This document shows, in pieces, positions 12,335 to 24,108 of a stretch of 64,000 nucleotides of DNA. Origin of the DNA: Heterodontus francisci (Eukaryota); contig NC_090416.1 in the NCBI RefSeq assembly GCF_036365525.1, positions 14,914,945-14,978,944 of the forward strand. The letters run 5' to 3'. Below the pieces are notes generated by a model. It was not told the DNA's origin and searched no databases. It saw only the letters and a list, made by a program, of their open reading frames with translations. The number at the start of each line of letters is the position of its first letter. Positions within the stretch are counted from its first letter, which is position 1. The position numbers were made by a program, and so were the translations under genes.

Positions 12335-15300
12335 TTTTATTTCATTCATGGGATGTGGGCGTCACTGGCTATGCCAGCATTTATTGTCCATCCCTAATTG
12401 CCCTTGAGAAGGTGGTGGTGAGCTGCCTTCTTGAACCGCTGCAGTCCATGTGAGGTAGGTACACCCACAGTGCTGTTAGGGAGGGAGTTCCAGGATTTTG
12501 ACCCAGTGACAGTGAAGGAACGGCGATATAGTTCCAAGTGAGGATGGTGTGTCACTTGGAGGGGAACTTGCAGGTGGTGATGTTCCCATGCATCTGCAGT
12601 TCTTGTCCTTAGAGGTGGTAGAGGTCGCGGGTTTGGAAGGTGCTGTCGACGGAGCCTTGGTGCGTTGCTTCAGTGTATCTTGTAGATGGTACACGCTGCT
12701 GCCACTGTGCGTCGGTGGTGGAGGGAGTGAATGTTGTGGATGGGGTGCCAATCAAGCGGGCTGCTTTGTTCTGGATGATGACGAGCTTCTGGATGTTGTT
12801 GGAGCTGCACCCATCCAGGCAAGTGGAGAGTATTCCATCACACTCCTGACTTGTGCCTTGTAGACAGTGGACAGGATTTGGCGAGTCAGGAGGTGAATTA
12901 CTCGCCACAGGATTCCTAGCCTCTGACTGGCTCTTGTAGCCACGGTATTAAAATGGCTACTCCAGTTCAGTTTCTGGTCAATGGTAACCCCTAGAATTTT
13001 GATAGTGGGGGATTCAGCGATGGTAATGCCATTGAATGTTAAAGGGAGATGGTTAGATTCTCTCTTGTTGGAGGTGGTCATTGTCTGGCACTTGTGTGGC
13101 GCAAATGTTACTTGCCACTTATCAGTCCAAGCCTGGATATTGTCCAGGTCTTGCTGCATTTCTACACGGACTGCTTCAGTATTTGAGGAGTTGCGAATGG
13201 TGCTGAACATTGTGCATTCATCAGCGAACATCCCCACTCTGACCTTATGATTGAAAGAAGGTCATTGATGAAGCAGCTGAAGATGGTTGGGCAGAGGACA
13301 CTACCCTGAGGAACTCCTGCAGTGATGTCCTGGAGCTCAGATGATTGACCTACAACAACCACAGCCAGCTTTCTTTGCACTAGGTATGACTCCAACCAGC
13401 AGAGAGTTTTCCCCTTCATTCCCATTAACTCCAGTTTTGCTAGAGCTCCTTGATGCCATACTCGGTCAAATGCTGCCTTGATGTCAAGGGCAGTCACTCT
13501 CACCTCACCTCTTGAGTTCAGCTCTTTTGTCTATGTTTGAACCGAGGCTGTCAGGAGCTGAGTGGCCCTGGTGGAACCCAAACTGAGCGTCACTGAGCAG
13601 GTTATTGCTAAGCAAGTGCTGCTTGATGGCACTGTTAATGACACCTTCCATCACTTTACTGATGATTGAGTGTCGACTGATGGGACGGTAATTGTCTGGG
13701 TTGGAGTTGCCCTGCTTTTTGTGTACAGGACATACCTGGGTAAGTTTCCACATTGCTGGGTAGATGCCAGTGTTGTAGCTATACTGGAACAGCTTGGCTA
13801 GGGGTGCGGCAAGTTCTGGAGCACAGGTCTTCAGTACTACTGCTGGAATATTGTCAGGATCCATAGCCTTTGCAGTACCCAGTGCCTTCAGTCATTTCTT
13901 GATATCACGTGGAGTGAATCGAATTGGCTGAAGTCTGGCATCTTTAATGCTGGGGACTTCAGGAGGGGGCCGATTTGGATCATCAACTTGGCACTTCTGG
14001 CCGAAGATTGTTTCAAATGCTTCTGCCTTATATTTTGTACTGATTAGCTGTGCTCCCCCATCTTTGAGGATGGGGATATTTGTGGAGCCACCTCCTCCAG
14101 TTATTTGTTTCAATGTCCACCACCATTCACGAATGGCTGTGGTAGGACTGCAGAATTTAGATCTAATCCGTTGGTTATGGGATCGCTGAGCTCTGTCTAT
14201 CGCATGCTGCTTATGCAGTTTAACATGCAAGTAGTCCTGGGTTGTAGTTTCACCAGGCTGACACCTCATTTTGAGGTGTGCCTGGTGCTGGTCCTGGCAT
14301 GCCCTCCTGCACTCTTCATTGAACCAGGGTTGGTCTCCTGGCTTGATGGTAATGGTAGAGTGGGGGATATGCCAGGCCATGAGGTTACAGATTGTGGTTA
14401 AGTACAATTCTGCTGCTGCTGATGGCCCACAGCGCCTCATGGATGCGCAGTTTTGCATTGCTAGATCTGTTTGAAATCTATCCCATTTAGCACGATGATA
14501 GTGCCACACAACACGATGGACGGTATCCTCAATGTGAAGGCGGGACTTCGTCTCCACAAGGACTGTGCGGTGGTCACTCCTACCAATACAGTCATGGAAA
14601 GAAGCATTTGCGGCAGGCATATTGGTGAGGACGAGGTCAAGTATGTTTTTCCCTCGTGTTGGTTCCCCCACCACATGCCGCAGACCCAGACTCGCAGCTA
14701 TGTCCTTTAGTACTCGGCAGCTCGGTCAGTAGTGGTGCTACCGAGCCACTCTTGGTGATGGACTTTGAAGTCCCCCATCCAGAGATCATTTTGTGCCCTT
14801 GCCACCCTCAGTGCTTCCTCCAAATGGTGTTCAACATGGAGGAGTCCTGACTCATCAGCTGAGGGAGGGCAGTAGGTGGTAATCAGTAGGAGGTTACCTT
14901 GTCCATGTTTGACCTGATGCCATGAGACTTCATGGGGTCCAGAGTCGATGTTGAGGACTCCCAGAGCAATTTCCTCCCTACTGTAGACCAATTTCCCACT
15001 ACCTCTGCTGGTTCTGTCTTGCCGGTGGGACAGGACATACCCAGGGATAGTGATGGCAGTGTCTGGGACATTGCCTGTAAGGTATGATTCCGTGAGTATG
15101 ACTATGTCAGGCTGTTGCTTGACTAGTCTGTGGGACAGCTCTCCCAACTTTGGCACAAGCCCCCAGATGTTAGGAAGGAGGACTTAACAGGGTCGACAGG
15201 GCTGGGTTTGCCGTTGTCGTTTCCGGTGCCTATGTCGATGCCAGGTGGTCCATTCGGTTTCATTCCTTTTCATTGACTTCGTAGCGGTTAGGTACAACGG

Positions 15301-15440
15301 AATGGCTTGCTAGGCTATTTCGGAGGGCATGTAAGAGTTAACCACATTGCTGTGGGTCTGAAGTCACATGTAGGCCAGACCAAGTAAGGACAGCAGATTT
15401 CCTTCCCTAAAGGACATTGGTGAACCAGATGGGTTTTTCT
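12335..15440 (-). mobile_element. Near full-length, frameshifted non-LTR retrotransposon (CR1/L2 group): APE endonuclease + reverse transcriptase
   Basis: APE motifs PDIVILTESYL, MGDF, LDLVLTN, SDHRTV. RT motifs NYRPIS, QFGF, LDIKAAFDRVWH, GVPQGSVL, FADE(C). A-rich 3' end near 12335. Confidence 0.93.
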
Positions 15441-15599
15441 TTACCCCACAAAAAGTGCCTATTTCTGTTCTGAAATTTTCAATGGACCCCTCCCGGCCTG
15501 AACAGCCTTTTCGGAGCAGAGGGTTCCATATTTCCATTCCCTTTTGTGGGAAGAAATGCTTCCGGACATCACCACTTAATGGCCTGGTGCTAATGTAAT

Positions 15600-16081
15600 G
15601 TCCATTCACTATAGGTATATATAGAACCTGAATACACAGCCCCTTGCTGAACATATTACATGTCTAGAGGTTAAAAGGAGTGACCCTCTCATTACAATGA
15701 ATTCCAATGGAATTCATTATTCTGAATGTAACTGGGAAAACATCAGTTAATGCACATTGTGCATAATTCCAGAGGAGTAAACACTTCCCCACGCATCCTA
15801 TCCGGAGGGAGAAAGATTGCAATTTACAATGTTTACAAAATGCCAATGGATCACACCTCTTTATTGTTTGATATACCAACTGTACTCTGTGCAATGCTTC
15901 TTCAAACTTTATCAAAACCTAAAGGATTCTATATGCCACAGTGTTTGCCTGTTCAGACCCACCATCGCTGCTGATTGCTTTGACACAACAGGAATGTGTT
16001 GGAAGAGCATGAATGTAATCAAGATGGGAATTCTGTCTGTCTCTCCAGCGGAGCTGCATAGGGGCGCGGAATGCAGGAACC
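15600..16081 (-). pseudogene. Module-1 counterpart of the 5' part of decayed paralog D
   Basis: Clear nucleotide homology to ~54640-55147. Its C1 part is not found; a LINE occupies 12335-15440. Confidence 0.4.
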
Positions 16082-16173
16082 CTGAGGCTGAACGTGGAAA
16101 TAAGAACAAGAGCGGACTGTTTCAATGTAAAATGTGGACATTTAGACCCAGTTTAAGTTTCTCTCTCTATCAG

Positions 16174-16712
16174 GCAGCAGTGATGAGAAATTGCCGGGTT
16201 CCAGACCACATGCACAAGAAAAGGAGGTAAATATGAATGGAACTGTTGCTTCGCATGTGTAGATACCTTTCAATGAGTTTCAATCCAAGGTTTGACATTC
16301 GTAGTCACTGGCAGATGAGTCTGGAAACTTCGTATGCCAATGGCACAGAACCTTAAATTAGAGCCAGGCCGTTCAGGGGTGATGTCAGGTAGCACTTCTT
16401 CACATTAAGGGGAGTGGAAATCTGGAACTCTTCTCCAAAATGCTGTTCAGCCTGATGGTCAATTGAAAATGTCAAAACTGAGATTGATAGAGTTCTGTTG
16501 AGTAAGGGGATTAAGGGTTACTTGAATAAGGTGAGTAGATGGAGTTAAGATACAGATCAGGCATGATCTAAATGATTGGTGGAATAAACTCGAGGGGCTG
16601 AATGGCCGCCTCCTGTACCTCTGATGATAGTGTGGCTTATGGTAATGTGTTCTGTTTTCTCTCATAGACTCTTTATGCTCGCCTGGCGTTTCATGCGGAT
16701 CCCACACTCTGA
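16174..16712 (+). pseudogene. Orphan pair of A-type cytoplasmic exons (16174-16226, 16668-16712), left from a deleted A-type gene
   Basis: GSSDEKLPGSRPHAQEKE + TLYARLAFHADPTL*, homologous to A1 exons 5-6. Splice sites intact, AATAAA at 17103. No + strand V/C1/TM exon between A1 and these exons. Confidence 0.85.
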
Positions 16713-19535
16713 TTGGACAGGAAACCGAGCGCTCACAGTCTGCTTCCCGGATATGACTTGTTGTAGAAAGTTTCCTCTGTTTTGCCCTCATTTCGGTTGC
16801 AGCCTGGAAGTGCGATCTCAAGTTCTGTTACCGGCTTATTGCAGTTACTCAATAATTAACAACCAGTCAGATGAGAGACTGAGCAATACAGGACCGCTGC
16901 ATCACCTACTGGGGAGGCTGAACGGCTGACAGAAGCAGCGCACTTTGGAAAACGGAAATTTGAGCTTTTGGCTTAATCTCGACATATTTCTAGTTGCTTG
17001 TGTTAGCGTTTTATTTAGTTCATTGTGCATCTTTGTCTAGCACGTGAGTAGGATGTAATTCAAATAATATTTGCAATGCACGAGTGTCCAAGTTGAGTAC
17101 GCAATAAAACAGGTTTGATTCCCGAGCAGTGCGTTTGGGATTCCAGCTGTTTAATCGTTCAGCCCAGATGTGATTACTGTCGCTCTTCGGACAATTTGCA
17201 CTACACATTTATACAACAAATTCATGCGGTTTCAAAGTGGGAGATATGCAGACGAGAATAAGAGCAGAACTGCGAGGTTATTACTGTCAGGAAAGATTCA
17301 ACAGACTGGGGGTCTTTTCCATAGAAAATGGAAGGCTGAGAGTGACCTGATAGAGGTTTTTAAGAATTATGAAAGGACTTGGTAGTGTAGACGTAAAGAA
17401 GATGTTTCCTCTGGCGGGAATGGAAATAGAGGCCATTAATATAATCGTCAGTAATAAATCCAATGGGGAATTCGGCAGAAACGTCTTTACCCAGAGAGTG
17501 GTGAGAATGTGGAACTCGCGACCACAGGGAGTGGTTGAGGTGAATAGCAGAGATACATTTAAGGGGAAGCTGGATAAACACGAGGGAGAAATGAATAGAA
17601 GGATATGTTGATAGGGTGAGATGAAGAGAGGAGTGGGATGAGGCTCGTGCGCAGAAACACGAGCTCGGAGAAGTTGGGCCGAAGGGCCTGCTTTATGTAC
17701 TGTAAATAATTTTTAACTTTGCCAAGCAGATCACACCTTAAAACGATTTGCTGGTGATGTGAATTATTTGCATTAATAACACAATTCACTCCTCACATAA
17801 AAAAAAACACAAGTTAAATGTAGGAGTAAAATTCAAACAATGTTTTACTGAAATGATGTGATATATTTCCGATACACCTTCAATTTCAGAAACATTACGA
17901 AGTTGGGCTTGAGATGGTCGGTCTGATGATTAATCAATCTGTGAGTTTGTTACGAGACTCATTACTCCATTCATCTTCCATGTTTGCACATCCCTTAAAT
18001 ACACTTTCCGAACAAGAGGGAATGCACACAGCCTGAAAATCATTTTTAGAGTAGAGGGTTCCAAATTTCCACTCCCCATTGTGTGAAGACGTGCTCCCTG
18101 ACATCACCCCTGAATGGCCTGGCTCTAATTTTAAGGTTCTACTCCTCTGTTCTGTATTCCCCCCCACCAGGGGAATTAATTTCTCTCCATCTACCCTGTC
18201 AAATCAGCTAATCATCTTAAACCCCTCAATCAGATCACCCATTAACCTCCTGTACTCGATTGAATAGAAGCCTAGTCCTTGCAACATGTGCTCATATTTT
18301 AACCCCTTTTGCACCAATATTGTCCTCGTGAAATTACTTCTGCTTTATATAACCATAAAATACAATCTAACTTCACATTAAAAAGAACTCGATTGGTAAG
18401 AGTTCATTCAAGTCCTCATGAGATTTATTGGACAGTTTCTGGGAGATGGATGTTGATAGAGTCTTTGCCTGGAAATGTTTTTACTGCTTCTGAATCTCAT
18501 CGTGTTGTATCTGCTGATTCTAGAGTAATCAGAACGGGAAAACTTAGACTGATCTGACTCTGATGGGTAAAGCACGATAACCACACATGGTGTAATACCC
18601 TGTCTGACTGAATATCTTATCGCAAAGCTGTGGAAAGCTGGGATCAGATACATACCAGTCAGAGATGGAAAAAGGCCAAACTCCATTTGGAGCGCCTTCT
18701 CACATCCTGTTAGTCACATAATACGACCGTAATGGGGTTGACATGGCAATAAATCTCTATTAATGAGTCCACAACAGACCCAGTCATGAGGCGATGGAAG
18801 CCCCAGTGATGGAAAGCTTTGGGAATCCGAGGTTCAAAATTACCTACTCTTCTCAAAAACACTACACTCAGCATATGTTTCTGACATGTAGTTATGAAAT
18901 TACACACAAAGCAAAACACACCATCCACAGGTAAAATGGAAGCAAGTACAATTTCCTGCAGCTCTGACCGTGTTTTCCTCCTGTTGTGTTTTTGTTCTGT
19001 AAATGAATAAGCCTATCCCATCTCAGACAGGGAAACTCGCCACTAACAGTATTTCAATCCAGGACTGATACTGACAGTTCAATAGGAATTGAAGTTTTAT
19101 CCAGATGACATTTAATTATCAGCAAATTATTGATCAATGCAAACATCTGGTGCATTGTTACAGTCGAAGAATAATTTATTTTATTTACATACAATCGATG
19201 GCAAAAAACAAAATCCTGTCAGTGACTGGAGCTACAGGATCAGCAGAAAAGCCTCAGAGAAAACACAAACAGCAAAACCCCTGATACATTGCTTCATGTT
19301 TTTTACACTTGAATTACACTAACACAGTAAAATATCCTCAACAACTATCAAAACAAGTTATTTTACATTTAGCAAAAACAGCTGGACAGTCTTTGTAAAC
19401 CCTGGCCAGTGCACGGAGACAGTTTATGTATTCGATGGGAGTTTTCTTGGCTCCATTCTTATTTCCGCAAGGCTCTGGGTTCTTTTGAAAATTCTGTCTC
19501 CTCCATAATTCACCGGATAGAAACCATTCGGGCTC

Positions 19536-22500
19536 TCATCTGCGACCCGCCTTCTTTTTTGATCTCTTTTCCAATGCAGCAAACTCCAAGGAGGCGTAGG
19601 TTGGTCCATCCTGAGACTGGAAAATATATTATACATTAACATTCAAAGATAGTTCACGGCTAGTCAAACTATCCCGATGTACCTGTGAATCCACCGTGGG
19701 CGTGGTCTTATTCTAAATCTTCATAGTAATTCCAGCGGATAATGCTGGAACATTTCCCGCTTCGGTGGGGGGGGGGTGGGGGGGGGGGGTGGGGTGGGGG
19801 GAGGGAGGAAGATGGAAGGTGGGGGAGGGGAGACTAATCTCACTGTAGAGATAAACAGAATAAAAATAGCAGGAAGCTGGCTAGAAATAGGAACAGAAAC
19901 TGCTAGAAATCCATAGTAAAGTGTGACGGAGGCGTGATGATTAACCAGCCCTTCTATTGCCGATGGGGAGAGGGCTGTGCGATATGATCTGTTTCTAGTT
20001 GGAGGGACGATTGGAATTCGAAACAAATGAAGATGCTCTAGACTGTTACCTGCTCTGCTAACCATGTTAAATATCCAGCATGAGACATGTGGATCCTATC
20101 CTAAAAAATCAACTTCCTGTATATTATTACAACAGTTTCACTGAGCTTACCTGATGTGTCCGTTTCGCCTCAGTTTGTCGGTTGTCATCTGTGTATTAAT
20201 GATTAAGATATGAAGTGAAATATTATCCCAGTCCGGATAATCCATAATTAATTACAGATACACAGTGCACCAATGATTCACCAACGCTCCAATGGTGCCC
20301 TATACTTCAATGGTCCCCATCACTTCAATGTTCCCCCAATACACCAATTATCACCAATGTTCTCCATTAATTCAATGTTCCCCAATACACCAATGGTCCC
20401 GAATACACCAATGGCTCTCCAATACCCCAATGGTATCCATTACTTCAATTTTCCCCCTATATGCCAATGATCCCCCAATGCACAAATGGTCCCTATTACA
20501 CCAATCGTCCCCAGTACACCAATGGTCCCCCAATACAGCAATTGTTCATAATACATCAATGGTTACCAATACTTTAATTTCCCCCATTACGTCCATGATC
20601 CCCCAATACGCCAATGGCCGCCAAAACGCCAACGGATGGACTCAAACGATTTACGCTGATGTTCGGCTTCTATTGTCCATATGATCCATCACTACCAGTT
20701 TTAATAATCAATAATTAGCCTTTTCTGTGCGACCAACAGCGAGGAGCACGATTGAGAACATTTTGAAGGTGGGAAATGCACTTGTTTGATCCTTTAGTTT
20801 TCCCGCCTTTGATATTCAATCCACATAAACATTTCAATCCAACTTACCCCATCGTCTCTCATTCTGCCCCCCTCTTTGCGTTCTCTCTCTCAAGCTAAAT
20901 CTGTAAGCGGACAAAAATATCAAGCAAGTGTTACTTCCTGCAATTCCTGGGTCACGTGCCATAAATATTGAGAAGAGAATAGTGAAGTGGTCTTAGATTC
21001 AATCTTAAAATAATGCAACATATATAAACATATACCAGTGGAATGGGTGTTGGGGTTTAACTGGGTTTGACACAGTGTTAAATACAGTGACACTATTAAT
21101 GATGAATTTTACAAATGGTTCAGTTACTCACTTTTCATTGTGAGGCCTCCTGACTCGTTCTTCTAAAACAATAAACTGCAATTAGCATTTCAAATTGCGA
21201 GAAGGGAATCACATTGAACAAACAATTATTAAAATATGCCGAATAGACATTAATTCCTCACCTGATCTGCCTCTTTTATGAATCCAAATGGAAATGAGGA
21301 TCAAGAGTAGAACCAGGACCAGGGCGCCGGTTATGGCGGCGGGAAGGATCAGCTTGCACGACCCTACAGAGACAAAACACTCATAAACTGCTGCTCGGTT
21401 AAAAGGCATTCTTTTCTGGGATTCTCTGATGGGAAACTTGACCCAGTTACAATCTCGCGGTGTGAAATGAAAAAAAAAAACAGCCAATGCTATTGATATT
21501 CGGCGAGTGAAAGCATTGAATGGGATCAATTGCACAATGTTTGGTAGTTGAGATCAATTGGCAGACAACACGATCAACATTATCCCATAATTATAATGCA
21601 CTACTATTTCAAAATATCAAGCCAATGTTTTATTTCAAAACTGAGTGATAGAATCATACAGCACAGGAGGAGGCAATTCGGCCCATTGTGCTTGTGCTGG
21701 CCGTTTGAAAGATCTATCCAATAAGTTCCAATAAGCCCCCAGTTCTTCCCCCACAGTCCTATGAATGCTATTCTTTCAAGTATTTATCAAGTTCACTTTT
21801 GAAAGTTGTTACTGGATCTGCTTCCATCACCCCTTCAGGCAGTGCATTCCAGATCCCAACAACTCGCTGCTTAAAAGAAAAATTCTCATCTTCTCCTCCT
21901 CTGGTTCTTTTGCCAATTATCTTAAATCTGTCTGCCGAATCTCTTGCCAGTGGAAACAGTTTCTCCTTATTTACTCTTATCATAACCCTTCATGATTTTG
22001 AACACCTCAATTGAATCTCTTCTTAACCTTCTCTGCTGTAAGTAGAACAATCCCAGTTTCTCCAGTCTCTCCAGATTCTCGTAAATATCCTCTGTACTTA
22101 TGACTTTGAACTCCTTGATGAAGTGTGACGCCCAGAATTGAACACAACCTTCCAGCTGGGGCCTGACCAGTGATATATAAAGTATAACTTTCTCTTGTAC
22201 TCAATTCCTCTCTTAATAAAGCCAAGGATCCAATATGTCATTTAACAGGTATTTCAACTTGTCCTGTCAGCTTCAAAGATTTCTGTCCATGCACCCAGAG
22301 TGTTAAACTTGAACAGTTCTTAAGAAGCCGATTTCAGGCAAGTCTCATATCCTGAGGTTAAAGTTATATCCAATTGCTGATATCACAGAGTAAAATTAAA
22401 TTACAATCGATTTTACGTGGAAACTGAGGATTGATAAGGGAGGTTCCGGGAAATGATAAAGGAAACGGGTGGAAATGAGAGATCATCTCACCCCAGCAGA

Positions 22501-24108
22501 CGCATTCAGTTTACCAACAATTTCATCGCTTCACTGCTTTCTGCTCGTAAAACAGGTTCAGTGTAGAATTTAACTCAAATCCGCTCCATGATCCACTTCC
22601 TGAAAGGGCGGTGGAAGCAGATTCAATAATAACTTTCAAAAGGGAACCGAATTATTACTGGAAGGGATAATTTTGCAGGGCTATGGGGAAAGGGTGGGAC
22701 TGATTGGATAGCTCTTTCAAAGGACCGGCACAGGCTCGATGGGCCGAATGGGATCTTTCTGCTCTATGTCATTCAATCATTCCAAGATGACACACACAAA
22801 TCTAAACTCAGCCGAGAAAGTATTTCCAAGAACAGATCTCCATCTGGGACAGAGAATAACCTTAAATTCTTTCAACATATTTGAACAGACTGAACACACT
22901 ATTTGTCCTGCTATATTTCTATATGAATGTTTATCCCGTGCAGATGTTTGATTTACAGATTGCAGGCGCTTAGAAGCGAGTGAACTCCTCCAACTGACGC
23001 TAAAGCTGAATACAAGCCTTCATTGTACAAATTACCAACTCACCTGACACTGCCTTGGAGATGGACACGCTCTTTGTCCAGGATTTTCCCGGAGACCCCA
23101 GTTCAGCAATACAAGTACAGACACCGCCGCTTCTCCAGCTTTCCCCCGACACCATTACGTGACTTCTGATGCTGTAGGTCTCGTCCGGCTGGATTGTACT
23201 GGAATCGCACCGTCCCTCGGTGAGCTGGCCGGAAATGTTCCAGAAAATAACAACCTGCTTGGAGGAAACGCCACTGACCAAACACACTAAGGGGACGGTT
23301 TCCCTCAAATGCAGCTCACCCGGCGGGACAAATACCAGCAGCGCCGTCTTGTCAGTGGAACTGTCTGGACACAGATTGGTACACAGTTAACGATTAGCTT
23401 ACACCAAATGAAAATGCTGTGCATGATCTGGATTCAATTTGCTCACTCTCTTACCTCCAACCAGCAGTGTGGGTCCATTCTGGAGCGGTGCATAGCCATC
23501 TATATCAGCGCAGTAGTAGGACCCGGAGTCATTCACCTGGACATTGCGAATTTCCAGTAACAATTCATGCTCGTTTTTCCCTTTTTTAGAAACAAACTTA
23601 CAATCAGTCCCATCACAGAGTTCGATTAGCTTCGGGGCTTCACCCACAAGTTGTTTGCACCAGAAATAGCTAGTCACCAATTCCACTTCGTAAGTTTGGT
23701 TACAGGTTAGTTCCACCGTCTGGCCAACTTCAGCTGTCACTGTGAAGGGACTCTGAGACAGAAAGGGCTCGGAATCTGCAACTACAGAGATTATTGTAAC
23801 ATTACAGATGATTATTGAGAGATGGAAAGAAGCCGCTTTGAAACACATCGCCTTTAATTTAAGAACACCTCATTATTGCTTTTAGATCTTGTTGACTCTA
23901 TTTAATCACCATTTTTACTTTTCTTCACTTTATAAGAGGAGCGGAAAGTAAACTAATATTGTCAGGCCCAATCCCTTTACCGGATAACTCGGTCACATTC
24001 TCACCTTAGTGAACACTGACTCTGGCTGATTCCACTTATGAATTCTCACTCACCGTAAACCCGGAGCACTTGGAAAATGAGCATCAGAGAAAAAGCTTCT
24101 CTGAACAT
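19536..24108 (-). CDS. Gene B1: second type of non-rearranging V(J)-C1-TM-cytoplasmic IgSF receptor (~307 aa, 6 exons: 24108-24054, 23781-23455, 23364-23044, 21363-21262, 20188-20151, 19616-19536)
   Basis: Leader MFREAFSLMLIFQVLRVY. V domain LSQSP..VELTC..FWCKQLVGEAPKLI..DSGSYYC..LQNGPTLLVG. C1 LVCLVSGVS..W..DETYSIRSH..W..CTC. Stalk GSC, TM LILPAAITGALVLVLLLILISIWI, tail ..GPTYASLEFAALEKRSKKKAGRR*. GT-AG with phases 1,1,1,1,0; minus-strand AATAAA near 19175-19185. Confidence 0.88.
20265..20635 (+). repeat. Degenerate ~19-20 bp minisatellite (CCAATGGTCCCCAATACA-like) in a B1 intron
   Basis: CCAAT recurs about every 10 nt; paralog at 62575-62840. Confidence 0.85.

Noticed and set aside
20265-20635. 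CRISPR-like array or coding ORF 20292..20684
   Set aside because: Eukaryotic intronic minisatellite with no unique spacers; the ORF is a low-complexity artefact.
19536-24108. Conventional TCR chain, CD8 or NKp30
   Set aside because: No charged TM residue or TCR TM motif, no RSS/D/J array, and no CxC Lck motif. CD8 and NKp30 lack a C1 domain.
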